Origin: Styela clava
Taxonomy: Eukaryota
Reading direction: 5' to 3'
DNA: 64,000 nt
Assembly: GCF_964204865.1 (NCBI RefSeq)
Contig: NC_135250.1
Coordinates: 9,486,001 to 9,550,000, forward strand
The notes beneath the pieces are model-generated. The model was not told the origin of the DNA. It saw nothing but the letters and a program-made list of their open reading frames with translations, and ran no database searches. Shown piece after piece: positions 11,306-24,144 of the stretch (positions are counted from its first letter, which is position 1; each line of letters begins with the position of its first letter). The position numbers were made by a program, and so were the translations under genes.

Positions 11306-14300
11306 ATGGAAGAAGAAACATCTAAAAAGGAAGGTAAAATACATTTGTGAAATTGAACTTAAGATCTTCAGAGAACTTAAAACCCTATATGCAAGGATAT
11401 ATTGGGATAAATTAACAGAAATGATACCGTTAGTGCGTTAAGATATTAATTTATTACCGTTAAGACCTTAATTTAGTATTGACTATAGTCAGCATATAAA
11501 ATTTCGTCGGCTAAATCTGGTTGTAATATTATATTATATGGTAACCAGTGAGCAATGTGTTACATTCCACCAACCCAATTTTTACAAACAAGAGCAAAAA
11601 AATCTCACTGAATCCGGTGCCAGGATTCTGCGTGCAAATTTTAAGACTGTTTATTACATTAGAACACCTGATGCCAGGGTTGAGTAGTGGTTGATTTAAA
11701 AAAAAAATTCTAGTTTTCAACTGCAAGAAAAACACATTTTAAACCATAAAAACATTGACAGATGTAAGCCTTTTTTAATTGTCAATGTTTTTAGTTTCTA
11801 TCGGAAATTTTGACCTCGATTATCCTTATTGAAAGTTTTAAATTCTGAATCATCAATCTGGGAAGCATGAAAAAATGCTGTGGCAGTTTGAAAATATAAC
11901 TCCAACTTCAATATCAATAAAAACATTGCAATTTCAGACGCCATAGCCTTGTCGTAAAAATTCATTCCTTTTTGTCAGGATATCCAGGGGTCGTATTGTG
12001 TAGTATACATTTCACTTACCGATTTATCACAACAAATAAAGATTTTATTAAAAGCGTAAAGGAGTACCTCTTGAATTTATCTGTTCTCTCTTTTCATCTA
12101 TTGTAGTTCAGTGAAGATGCATGTATAGTACTGAATATATCTTGTACCCTATACAGTACATACTCTATCTATCTGTTAATATGTTTTATAGGAACTGTTG
12201 AACCAGCCAAAACAACGACTGAACAGGAAACAGAAGAAAAGAGCAAGGCAGCAGAGGTAGCAGACACCAATGCTGAACAGGTAGGAACTTCTACAGACCA
12301 ACCAACAGAGACAAATACAGACAAACCATTAGAGACCAATACAGACCAACCAACAGAGACCAATACAGACGAACCAACAGATACCATTGTAAATGAACCA
12401 GCAGAGAACAATGTAGCACAACCAGCAGGGACTAGTGAAGACCAGGCTGCTGAGACCATTTCTGAGCAACCAGCAGAGCCGAGTGTAGACCAAGCGGCAG
12501 AGACCAATGCTGAGAAACCAGCAGACCAAGCTGCAGAGACCAATGTAGAGCCGTCTGTAGATAAAGCTGCTGAGACACCAGCAGACAAAGTTGCCGAGAC
12601 CAATGTTGAACAACCAGCAGCAGCCAGTGATGAGCAGTCTGCTGAGAATGAAACAAATGCACCTGTAGAGACCAATGCAGACCAGCCTCAGGAAAATAAC
12701 AACCAAACTGAGACTGCACCTACCAATGCTGAAGAACCTGTAATATCAACCAAAGAGCCTCCAGCAGAATCAGAACAACCACAGCTTATTGCTCCATTAC
12801 CAAGTGGAGTTGGTACAGATGATATATCAACTGAAAAACAAACTGATGATGCTCCAACTGTTACAACTGGTAAGCAATTATTGTGGTAATAAATATTGCA
12901 TTACTATCTATCAATGTAGATTAAGAATCGTAGACTAGATTAGGAAATGAAATATATTACAATTCATAATAATAGGTAATGGGCTCATGATTTTTTGTTG
13001 GCAATTCGTCTTATTCATTATTATATTTTAAGGAAGAGGAAAAGTGATAATATGGTGAAACTAAGCTTCTCAGCATTGTTTCAGTACAAAATGGGAATAG
13101 AATTAGCTAACCTGTTTATACTTCAAAATGCATGGACTTGGATACTGGTAGAAGTTCTAATCAACCAGTTGTCTATTCGTAACTTTGATTTAGGTGGAGC
13201 AGAAACATTGGAAGAAAAGCAAACAGAAGGAGGCCAAGATCAACAAAGTCAACCAGAAACTGCTGAAACCCAACAAGAAAAAGAAGCAACTGCCACTGGT
13301 ATAGTAGTATTTATATGGCATATTACACCCCGCAATTCCCAATGAAGCTTTGAGTTTACTTAAGTTTTGCATGATCATGACCTTTTTGTTTGGTTCAACT
13401 CACCCTATTCATCACATTCCTGGTGGTGTGGGTTTCATGGGTTGCACGGTAGACTTGATTTGACACAAAATAGTTCATTAAACTTCATTGACTGTTATTT
13501 TTTTTTACATTAGTTTTGTTAAGTGTAAGTTATGTATTAGATACTTCAACCAGAAGTTTTTCCCATGACCTCTGCTATACAAAATTTTTGGACCTCCTGA
13601 AGTATTCGCACCAAGATGTCGCACAACCTGAACCCAGGTTGTGTACCAGGTTATGGTTCAGGTTATGCGACATTTTGGTGCGCATACTTTAGGAGTACCA
13701 AATTTTTTTTTTATATGTTGCTTCATCATACCTTTTGCTCTCAACAAGGCCCTGTGCAAGCAAGCAGCCACTGATATTTTACAATATGTAAGAAGGTAAT
13801 GCCCACTGCCTACTTAATTTATTACACTCTGGTTGAGATTGTGGGCTTTAACCATTGGGCCATACCGCCAATGTTCCCTCTAATTTTTTGTAGTATGTGT
13901 GCGCAGAAGTTTTGGTGTGTGCGCACTTTTTTGGAAATGACTAATATTTGTGCAAAAACCAATGAAGAAATTTTGGCGATCTAACCGGGTAATAAGTGGG
14001 CCAACAACAAACTTTCTCAACCTGCCAACCGAGCACATTGTTACATTACATCGAAATAAGTCTGTGCGCACTGCGCAGTAAATCTATGCGTGTGCGCAGC
14101 CTCTGAAAGCTGTGTGCGCGCGCAGACGCGCACACCTTAGAGGGAACACTGCATACCGCCCATTGCTGATAGCTACATTTTAAACTTGATCTGTTTTTGT
14201 GAATGAATGAATTTCACTTTTTAGAGTAGTTTGTTTAATTTGTGAGTGGTAATTCATAAAATTTCTATCATTATCAAATATTTTACTTTATTTTTAGTTA

Positions 14301-17300
14301 AATTTCAACTTCTACCGAGCACTGAAGTAATAACAATAGCATCTGCTCTCAGTACTAGCATATCAACTTTGAAAGAAAATGCGTTGAAAGAAATTGAAGA
14401 TACAAAGTCTGAGTTGCAGATTAGATGCAATGGTAAGATCGTTTTAAATTCTTGAATATCTAATGCTGAGGTTAAGCGTTAGGAACACCCTTGCCACCGC
14501 ACCTCTGATTACCCTGCGTGGGTTCGAATCCCATGCAGGAATAGTTATGTGCGAGAGGATTGCTGGACTTCTTGCCGCCGTGGGGTTACGGCTTCCTCCG
14601 CCATCAAGTCCGTGCTTCTGAAAACAAATAACTGGCTGACTAATACTATAATCGACATAAACTGGTAACCAGACGTGGTTCGTCATATGATTAAGCCCCT
14701 TATTGGCATTTGTCTCCCCCGAGATAAATATGTAAATCCTACTCTATCTTGAGGATGCACATGTAGGAATAGTTTGGTATTTAAGAATACGACTTCGAAA
14801 GAAGCTATTCTACTGGATTTATTGTCAGCCGATTATAGCATCACCTAGCATATCTTATGCCTTTCCATATAAGCTATTTTATACAACGAATTTATATGCA
14901 TTTTACTCCAAACAAGGCTCTACACAAGCAACCACTGCTAACTGAGAAGCTACTTATAGTTTGGAAGAACCAGTATCTTTGCGGTTCAGCATTGTATATC
15001 CAACTTATTATACCCTGGTCGAGGTGATGGGCATGGGATTTGAACTCAAGATTTTGACCTACGCTATCATATTGGGTCTAACGCTTTAACTACTAGGCCA
15101 CTAGATTTCCCTGTTCGATAATTGCTAGTATAAAATAAATTTCCTATTTGGAAGACCTTCAATCTACATTACCAACATAGATAGATCCAATGCGTAAATC
15201 ACTACTGTAACAATTGATGTGATTTTTTTGGTGAAAATTTATTTTATATGTATTGTATTTTTTTCTATCTTTCAGGAGAAGAAGTCAATCTTCAGAGCAC
15301 TTTGCTTGATTTAGGAGTCAATCCTAACGGCACGATACAGTTTGAGATATTATCAACAGATCCAAATATATCACTCAAATCTGTAAAAGGAAAGAAAGCA
15401 CCAGGGACCCCTGATTTTATTACAGTTCGGGTTGCTAAAGGTAATACTCAGTTGAAGTTCATGATTTTGTTAAAAGCAAGGCTGGAAAGCTGGTTTAAAA
15501 TTACAATGGCTCCAGCTCTAAGGTAAAAAATAAGGCTTTGTGATCAGTGTCTCCAATTTAATATCAGACTATTAGAGTCTAATTTTTTCCTTCCTATGGA
15601 GCTGCTTTAAACCATGCGACTGCGACTCAAAACCATGATATAAGAGTTTCGAATTTTAAAAATGATCTCTAAACTCGACTTTAACTATACAAAATAACAT
15701 GAAAATTTTAATTTTTTTTATGAATTAGGCATTGGATAAATAAATTATAAACTCAACAGGATAGCTTTTGGTCTTATATGAAGTACTACGAAATCATGAA
15801 GGAGAAAATAATAATTAGATGGCTAGGAGCTGGAGCCACTATAATTTCTGGTAGCGTTGATGTCAGCACTAACAAAATGTCATAAATCCTGCTCTCCAGC
15901 TAAGGTTGAGGAGATTTTAAGGACACTTCCAATTTCTTCTATGCTTTCTGATCTTTTATATTTTTCGAAATATGGTTTATAACGATAGTTTCAAGACAAC
16001 TAAATGTATTTTCAAACTTGTTAAAATGCAAAAATTTTATGCTTTTTAGAAAACAACGAATTCCGAGAAGTTGTTGTTGAAATTGAACGACAGCAAAGAA
16101 AGAAAACATTTCTTGGTGGTTTCAGACATAAATTATCTGGTACTCAGTTTCATCACGCTGCAGCACAAACTGCTCAGAAAAAAGTCAAAGCAAGTGAAGT
16201 TGAAAAATTTACCAGAGATTGTCAGGTAAGAAAGTCAAATTCATTTTATTACATATTTACATATTAATACAGTGGTTTTCAACCTTTTTTCATACCATCC
16301 TCCCTTTGCTTATTTTTAAACTTTTTATTCCCCCCTTACTAAAGATAAAAACCCGATTTTAGTTTGATGTATCATCAGCTAATGATATGTTCATCTTTTC
16401 ACTCTGGATCTTCTAAAGTTTGTATTTTTTATATTGTGTGCACTGATTGATATGTATTACAATGATATTGAATAATCAAACTATATTTATAATACTGATC
16501 TCAAATTTTTTCCCCCTAATACAATAAAATCATTCCTTGAAAAGGGATTTTTTCCCGGGAAGAAACCGAATTCCATTCTACATTTTTAAGAGAATTTGCT
16601 CAAAGCAAGGCCACATGCTCTCGCCCAAGCATAAAAGATACTCACTCGTCTCTAAGCAAAAGTTATGGACGGCCATTCAATTGTCAACAGCCACCGTAAC
16701 TGTATAGATTTATGGTGGCACATTACAAATTAACGCAAAGCTTGAAGTAAATTTCACAAAAAAGAATTATTTTTGTTTAAATGGGCATTCACATTTTACA
16801 TTACAGACAGTTTTTGAAAAGAACAGTACGCAGCAGACAACTAATGTAACATCGACACAAATGCCAAAAGTTGGTTGTTACATTTCTACAGATGAAGACA
16901 TAATATTAACACCACGAAAATATATCACTTATGACGAATATATGAAAAAGAGAATTAAAGCAGTAAGCATGGATATTGTTGCTTGATTGGTTTGTTTTGC
17001 AGACTCACAGATTGATATTGAACTCAACGGATGCTGGGTTGTTCGTTTATACCAGCAGTAATTGATAAATACTCTTTACTTAACTTGCAAACTTGGTAGT
17101 AGTTCAGCCATTACAATATTTCACCTGGATTTATTTTCTTGTTTCGTCCTATGATTTGACCATCTTATTATCATTTCTTTCTGTGATAAGTATAAAATTC
17201 TATTTCATATGCTTTATCAGTTCCTTTAAATTTAATTTTTATTTTTTCCAAAACTTAGTATTACTCGAATGACGCTTTGCATCATTGTTCTTCATTAATT

Positions 17301-20300
17301 GCCATATGCAATAGAATTTTTCAGCATTTGTCAAAGCTTGGATCAAATAAGTATAATTATATACTTTGAAAAGCCTATAAATAAAAAAAAAACAGAAAAT
17401 TTTGAAAAATTAAAAATCTAATCGAATAATTTTTTAGAACCAACCTACCGGTATTTGAATAAGATCTCCTTATTTTAAAAAGAAGTTTACATCATTCTAT
17501 TGCATAGCGAAATGGTTAATTTTTTTACAGCTATTTTTTACCAAAATATCATTTTCTTGCTAGGTCATTGTTCTGCAATCATATTTCCGTCGATGGCAAG
17601 CTAGACATCTCGTGGATGAATTAAAACTGGATCGTGACCGTCGAATTGAATGGGAGAGACAAGAAGAAATCAGAAAAAGGAGAGAAAAAGAAGAAAGAAT
17701 TAAACAAGAATTTGAGAAAAGAATCAATCCAAAAACTCGAGAAGATTTTGATTTGCTGTATTCTGCACTGGAAAGTAAGCAAACTGAATTATTTGTGGGG
17801 GCGGTGAACCAGCGGTTAAAACGGTATTACAGGTTCACATCTTGGGTTCAAAAGTGAGGCGTTATTCATTTGCTTTTTAAATTTATATATAAACTTTTAC
17901 TATTCAGAATGGAGACTTGAAGAACTTGGTCATATTGACAATGAATTTACCGGAGCAGAAAGAAAGGCAGCTTTATGTGCGTTACTTGAACAAGAAACTC
18001 AACTTATTGGTTCAATTGATCGTCGAAAAATTGATGCTTATAAAGACGGAAAAGAGAAAAAGATTTTGCAGTTTTTAGACAAGGTATTGTGTGATTTTAT
18101 TGACTGAATTTTTATTATTTATTTTAGAAAAGGTATCATACTTTTTAACCACACGAACAACAATAAATATCTATCCGAAACAACATTGATTGTTGTTAAC
18201 ATAGGTAGACATTCGGAAGGGTTTTACTTAGGATGCACAGGATTCGAACCTGTAAACCTGCAAGGTAATCAGAGGTGGGATGGCTAGCGTATTCTATCGT
18301 TTAGCATGATGTGCCAACCGCTCAGCTGGTGTAACAACTTCTTCTTAATACGCTCCAGAAAATTTCATAAAAATCTTATATTTCAGGCAGCAGCTCCAAA
18401 AAGGTGGAAAGCATATGATGGCCGACATACAGAGATGGATACCCAATATACAATTCGAGCAAAAGAATTGAGAGATATATACAACAGTATCAATATGAAG
18501 TATCTCACACAAGATGAAAGGCTCGACGTACTTCTGACATTAAAACACACTGTGAAGGTGACTGTCAATTTTTTTTAAAATATTTTTTTTCTCGATTTTT
18601 TTAATGTATATTGAGCTGTCCCTAAACTTCAATTCACAAGTCAAGTTGCGGGCCATTTAAGACTTGAGTCACATACAAGTCCCAGCAAATCCGAGTCCTA
18701 AGTTGCGTTCGAGTCATTGTAAATTTCATAAACAACAATGAAATGGATGAGTATGAGTCACATTGACACTAAAACTATCATTTTGTGCGTTTTTTAAACT
18801 AAAACTAGGTTTAATTCAAATCTCGATTCCACTGTTGGCACAGCATGCTACGCGCTAAAAAACTCCATATTTGACTTCCTTAAAGATTTTTTGAGTAGAT
18901 ATTGTCAAATGGTTAGTTTTTATTTATCAATCTTTACCTTTTCACTATCAGCGACTTCTCAATGCATTTCATTTTTCAAACATTTTTTATTATAGGAACA
19001 TGATTGTAAGTTGACAAGAGAGATTACTGAACTTATAGATCGTGAAGCAGATCTGCTCATGAGAGGAGTCAGGGACACTAATTTAGAAGGATTGAGAAAA
19101 CGAATTTCCACATTGTTCCTGCAATATTGTAAGAATCCACTTTTCAATCCAGAGGCTGCTCGACTACTCAAGGTATGTATAGAAAACCGGAAGCAGGAAT
19201 AGCGCAAACCGAATAATCAATCCACTGTTCCAAATACATCCTGAAATAATATTTTTGAATATGGTATGTTGAAGATATTCAAATTGTATCATGTTCAACA
19301 GAGAAAATTTAGATGTCAATGTTATATGAATTAATGTTCTGTGCATAGAATTCAGAAATAAAAATAGGTTTTCCAAATTTTAATGCAGGCCTTTTAGTTA
19401 TACTATTTGACTTCAATGACTTAAAATGATGACTTTTACTAATGAAACTATTCTGATACATCCATAAAAGCAAGAATAAAAATATCGAAAATATAGTTAA
19501 TTCTGAATCAATTTGAATATTTTATTAGTTTTGGATACCTGTTTAGAAGTAATTAAAAATATTTTTGGCAATAATTTTAAACCATCACTTAGAAAAAGGC
19601 TCTACACAAGCAACCAAAGACATGTAGGGAGCTCAGGGTGATGTAAACGGTAGATTGTTTATGCCTGAGGTCATCAACCCGGAATAATAACATAATAGAT
19701 TCAATAATCGGAGCTAATCACTAAACATTTTATGAACTTCTAGTTTCGATCTACAGATGTCGATACTCTGACTATTTGGAGCCTCTTCTTGAAAAATGAT
19801 AAAATTAAATTGTATTTCAATTTTTACCAGGTTCCACAAGATCCAAGTACTTTGGTTCGAGATATATACTTTTGTCCAAGTTCGAACCAATACCTACCGT
19901 CCACTGAGTTTCAACTTACTTCCAAGTCAAGGGCTGTTGGAAAAAGCAGAAAGTAAGTGAATACCTGTATTATGGTTCAAAAAAGTTTTCCTGGCAGACG
20001 AAGTATCGTCTTGTTACTTATCCATGTTGGGCATACGACTAGCAATCTGGTTAAGCATTTCATATGTGATAATATCATTTAAAAAAGGAATCATAACTTC
20101 AGTTAATATACAGCTTATCATTTATGAATCTTCGTGAAATTCGAAACTCGGAACCATGTTCAAGATTTCAGCATGTGATGGCTAGCATGTTTTCAGTGCT
20201 TGACCTCTCAAATATAACTGTTTCGAATGTATTTCGGACATACCTTAGTGATAAATTCTTAAAAGAAGATAAAAATGTATGTATATAAGTGTATACTATC

Positions 20301-22205
20301 ATTTTTTTGACTGATTTTGCATACTTTCAGTTTTAACTAGCTAATTGAAGCTTGTATTTAAACTTTCACCCAAATTCTGATCCACAGACGAAATGTAGTA
20401 TGCCCGGATGAAATAGGTATCTTTCTCTAATTGAAGTTGAATATTCAAAATATTATATCTATGTGTGAAAGTGACTTGGTTGGCTCAAAATTAACTTTTT
20501 ATTCATCAGGGTTCAGCAACTGGATAATGAAGCTCGTACAAGACAAGATTATTCGCATTATCGAATCATGTTACGAGCACTTCGACAATCAGAAGAAGGT
20601 TATCATGATAACAGCAAAATTGCATACTTGATACAGGTACTAGAAATTGTAGTGTAAATTGTCATAAATCATACAAAATCTGTTTTACTTGTTTTTACCT
20701 CATTCCATGTAATGAGTCAAGTACGCAATCCCAAATAGGTTTCAAATAATGAGTTAGGTATTGCTTGACAAAATTTGTCCAAACAAACAAAGCATTTCTA
20801 GTATTATTTTCATAGCTTATCGACAATCTGATATAACTAGGTTACTATCTTTATCCCTTTGTCTCGTCATCGATTTACATTATCTTGAATTATATTATAT
20901 TCTCAAATCGACACGAAGACCTACCCTTCGTAAAATATTAAAATTATGTCTGTAGGAAAAAGATCTTCAATACTTGATTGAAAATATCTGGGGAGCACAA
21001 AGTATACTGAGTTCATGGGATGATTTGTATGATCTTGTATTAGTAAGATGGGATAGAGATGAAGAATGGTCACCATGGAATACTATACTACTTACAAAAG
21101 ATGAAGCGATTGCTCATAATAAACTTGATCACTTACAAGAGGTAAGTGGTAAGAAAGGGACGCTTGACAGATGAGGCTGGGACAGTATGTCCTGTGGCCT
21201 AGTGCTTAAAGCAACATTTCTCAACTTTTTTTTGCCCCAAATCGCCTTCGCTTTTTATCTCGCCTCGTGGAACACCTAGGAATTAGAAGGTTAATTGATT
21301 TAAATTGTGCAATCTACCTGCACAACCGGCTTATCACAAAATTTTTTGAGGCTTCCAATTTTAAGCCAGCAATCCATTGAGAAGGGCGGTTTCCAAAAAA
21401 TTTAGCCTATGGTAAAATTCAAAAGTTTGCGGTAAAACTTGACAATTAAAATATTAGGCCGACAGATGACGGTTAACTAAATTGAACTGTTGACAAAAAT
21501 GCTATGCTTTCCAGACTGGCACGAAGCCTGTCTGCCTGTTTAGATAGCAAGGCCTGTCCACGCCAGTTGGGGGACAAATTAACAACCCAGAAGCGCCCAA
21601 TTTAGTCGCGATTTCGATGACTATCCCGAGGAACACTCCAAAGAATCTCGCGGAAAACAGTTTGAGAAACGCTGGCTTAAAGCATTAGCATCACAGGTTA
21701 TACATCTCGTATTCGAATCTCACGTTCGGTATCTCACCCAAGGTGTTCGGTAGGCAATACCGAACCAGAAAGATTGCAGTCTTTCCAAACGTTCACGTTT
21801 TGTTAGATGTCAGTTGTGGCTTGTTTGGAGCAAACTTTGTGAATAAGCATCTTACACTAAATATTAAACCATTCACAGATTAAGTTGACTACAGACAAAC
21901 AGATTTAATACCGATGTGCAAGTTCAAATTTTTTGAGGGACAACGTGAATTGGCAGTCTATATATAGTCTTGTCAACTTTTCCGTCTCCCATCCTAATGC
22001 CATAATGAAGTAACGTTAATATTTTATTCAACAGGCATACAGCAGGCAGTTTGTTTCTAAAGTCTGTCACAAACACACACTGGCTCGTGTCCATTTCGTC
22101 AAATTACCAGGAATGGCAGAAGCATTGAGAAAGAAGGCTTCAGGATCACAAAGATTACCAGGACCAGGAAAAGTGGAAGGAATCAGTGCTCTCAGTGCAT
22201 ATTAG
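11306..22205 (+). CDS. IQUB: IQ motif and ubiquitin-like domain-containing protein (axonemal radial spoke component)
   Basis: 15 phase-consistent GT-AG exons: 11306-11333, 12192-12869, 13194-13298, 14298-14432, 15276-15440, 16050-16225, 16807-16962, 17564-17774, 17908-18083, 18387-18557, 18996-19172, 19831-19952, 20510-20636, 20956-21141, 22035-22205. They contain a ubiquitin-like segment, [17 protein letters not shown], the IQ motif [28 protein letters not shown] and [22 protein letters not shown]. The first three exons are less certain. Confidence 0.92.
12290..12690 (+). repeat. Coding 24-nt (8-aa) degenerate tandem repeat in IQUB exon 2
   Basis: Units such as [24 protein letters not shown] and DQAAETNV; DNA unit ~CAGACCAACCAGCAGAGACCAATG. 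Confidence 0.8.
13869..14151. mobile_element. hAT-type MITE (283 bp)
   Basis: TIR CA(A/G)TGTTCCCTCTAA, perfect 8-bp TSD CATACCGC (13861-13868, 14152-14159), and subterminal TGTGCGCA motifs. Confidence 0.85.
14462..14745 (+). mobile_element. tRNA-derived SINE (family B)
   Basis: B-box GGTTCGAATCCC with tRNA-like head, followed by an unrelated body. Inverted partial copies at ~18225-18300 and ~27000-27130. Confidence 0.7.
14905..15102 (-). mobile_element. tRNA-derived SINE (family A)
   Basis: The reverse strand begins GTGGCCTAGTAGTTAAAGCG (A box) and has an AGTTCAAATCC B-box-like motif. The tail CAAGGC.CT..GCAAGCA.CCAC is shared with ~13735-13865(-), ~37170-37385(+) and ~63070-63290(-). Confidence 0.65.
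21212..21674. mobile_element. hAT (Charlie/Buster-type) MITE inserted into a SINE head
   Basis: TIRs CAACATTTCTCAAC and GTTTGAGAAACGCTG, perfect 8-bp TSD GCTTAAAG. The flanks rejoin to GTGGCCTAGTGCTTAAAGCATTAG...TATTCGAATCTC. Confidence 0.8.
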
Positions 22206-22739
22206 GAACAATTTTAAGTTTTATATTTTATTTGCAGTTTTTGATGGTTACAAAAAAATTTACAAATTTTTCTCAAAAATTTAATTGCAATGTAAAAACA
22301 TGTTGAAATCCTCTCATTTCATCTTCAAAAGCAAATTTTTAGCCGAAAATATTATACAACTTCTGTGTGTTTTTCAACTGTTATCCTGTTCATTTTTCAT
22401 AATGAATCCTTCCTATTAAAATGATATTTCTTGTTCTCTATATCTTATTTTATGTAAAATAATAATGAAAAATTAATATATAACCTACAATGTGATGCAA
22501 ATACTTGTGAAGGAATAAGGTAGGCCATTTTGAAGAATATTCTCAAAAACGCTATTCTTAAAATATGCGCTAGACCTTGACTGAAACAAGATTCTGATAT
22601 GCTGTCGTCATTATGATAGCTTAGACCAGACGCCATGACGCATTTTATTTCTACCATGTAAAAAATCCTAATATACTGCAAAGAAAGGTTGAATTTACCA
22701 ACAATTAAGAAAGGGTTTTATAATATATGCACATTTAAA

Positions 22740-22938
22740 GGTACTCCCGTAGTATATGTACCAGATTAGACCATAATTTTATTCCGAATTTAGTTTTAGC
22801 ACGAGTTCGGGGACTGTCTGTGTTAGCCAAGTGAATATACCCCCTGCTCATAGGTTGCAGTCCATTTACACAACTTGATGTAAAGTAGGGGAACAAAATT
22901 AGTTAACCGCATATTGGTACACATACTTCTGGAGCGCA
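22740..22938. mobile_element. Short inverted-repeat element
   Basis: GGTACTCCCGTAGTATATGTACCA ... TGGTACACATACTTCTGGAGC, same family as 1829-1957. Confidence 0.6.
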
Positions 22939-24144
22939 CATTTAATCAACGCAAAAGCTCGAATAAATAAACTATCATAATGAAAGTGAATGTCTAATAT
23001 AGCCAGCGCAAATTTTTTTCTTAATGTTACTTTATGCAGACATAATATTACGGTATATGCCAAGTTATGCACGTGCACAGACAATAATTTTGTTTTAGGA
23101 AATCATTATTTTGTGGCTTACTGAAAATTATCTTGCACCAGATGCAGTTCGAGGACCAAAACAAGCCCACACCTAGGCATATGGCTATGAAGTTGTACCT
23201 ATACCTTCACTATTACCTCTTTTGAGAAATCAATTAATGCCCAAAGCACTTCTAACCAACTTCTATATTATATAGAAATTAACCAGATCAGTCGAGAAAA
23301 TGAAATAAATCAATTTCTCCAGACTCCATTTATGAATAATAATTTACAGAAGAAGTGCCATCAACATGTAACTAAGTCAATTCTAATCTGCTAACTATAC
23401 TGTTCGTGCTTCGGTTTTCATGGCGATAGTTTACATAACAAGTGTATTTATTACCTCTGCGAACAAAAATAAAAGGCAAAGACGAAAGTTATCATATTCA
23501 TAAAAGTCTAATGACGAATCAAGATTATATCTTTAAATAGGGTGTGAACTATTCATTGTGGAATTTCTGTTCAACTAACTCTAACCAGAAAAAAAATAAG
23601 TCTTAGACAAATTGAACTTTATTCTTTGCAACAAGATGAATTGGTCATAATGAGACAGATGAAGATAATAATGAACATAATTGTTTGCAACAATCAATCT
23701 GGTGTTCTGAAGAGATGTCTGCATAATCAATAAACTCCACAATGACAATCTTAATGAATTCAAGTTATGATCAAATTGGACTTCTTGAAAAGCACTTAGT
23801 TGGATGATTTAGTCTTTCATTTACTAATTGAATATTGGCATAAAAAGAACATTGATGATAAAAAAATGTAACATTCTAATAGTTTATTTAGGCATTCACT
23901 GAGATGAGCAGCAACATCCAACAATGCATAAACATTAATCATCACAGAACAGAAATTGTAAAAAATAGCCTTATCACACATCTACAGAATGTATATCTGA
24001 AATAAAGCAAAGGCTAACAACTACCAGGAATGCTGCTAAAGAACTATATTAGCCAGAAAATCAAAACCAAAAACAGCCAAACGATAGTCAAGAAGATATT
24101 TTTCTAATATATGCAGTTTAATTTCAAATTGTATTGATAAAAAT

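Noticed and set aside
12169-12719. Minus-strand hydrophobic ORFs (168, 125, 95 aa)
   Set aside because: Antisense shadows of the repetitive IQUB exon 2.
14462-14560. Possible tRNA gene (GGTTCGAATCCC)
   Set aside because: No complete cloverleaf, and the sequence continues into a body repeated elsewhere, so it is a SINE head.
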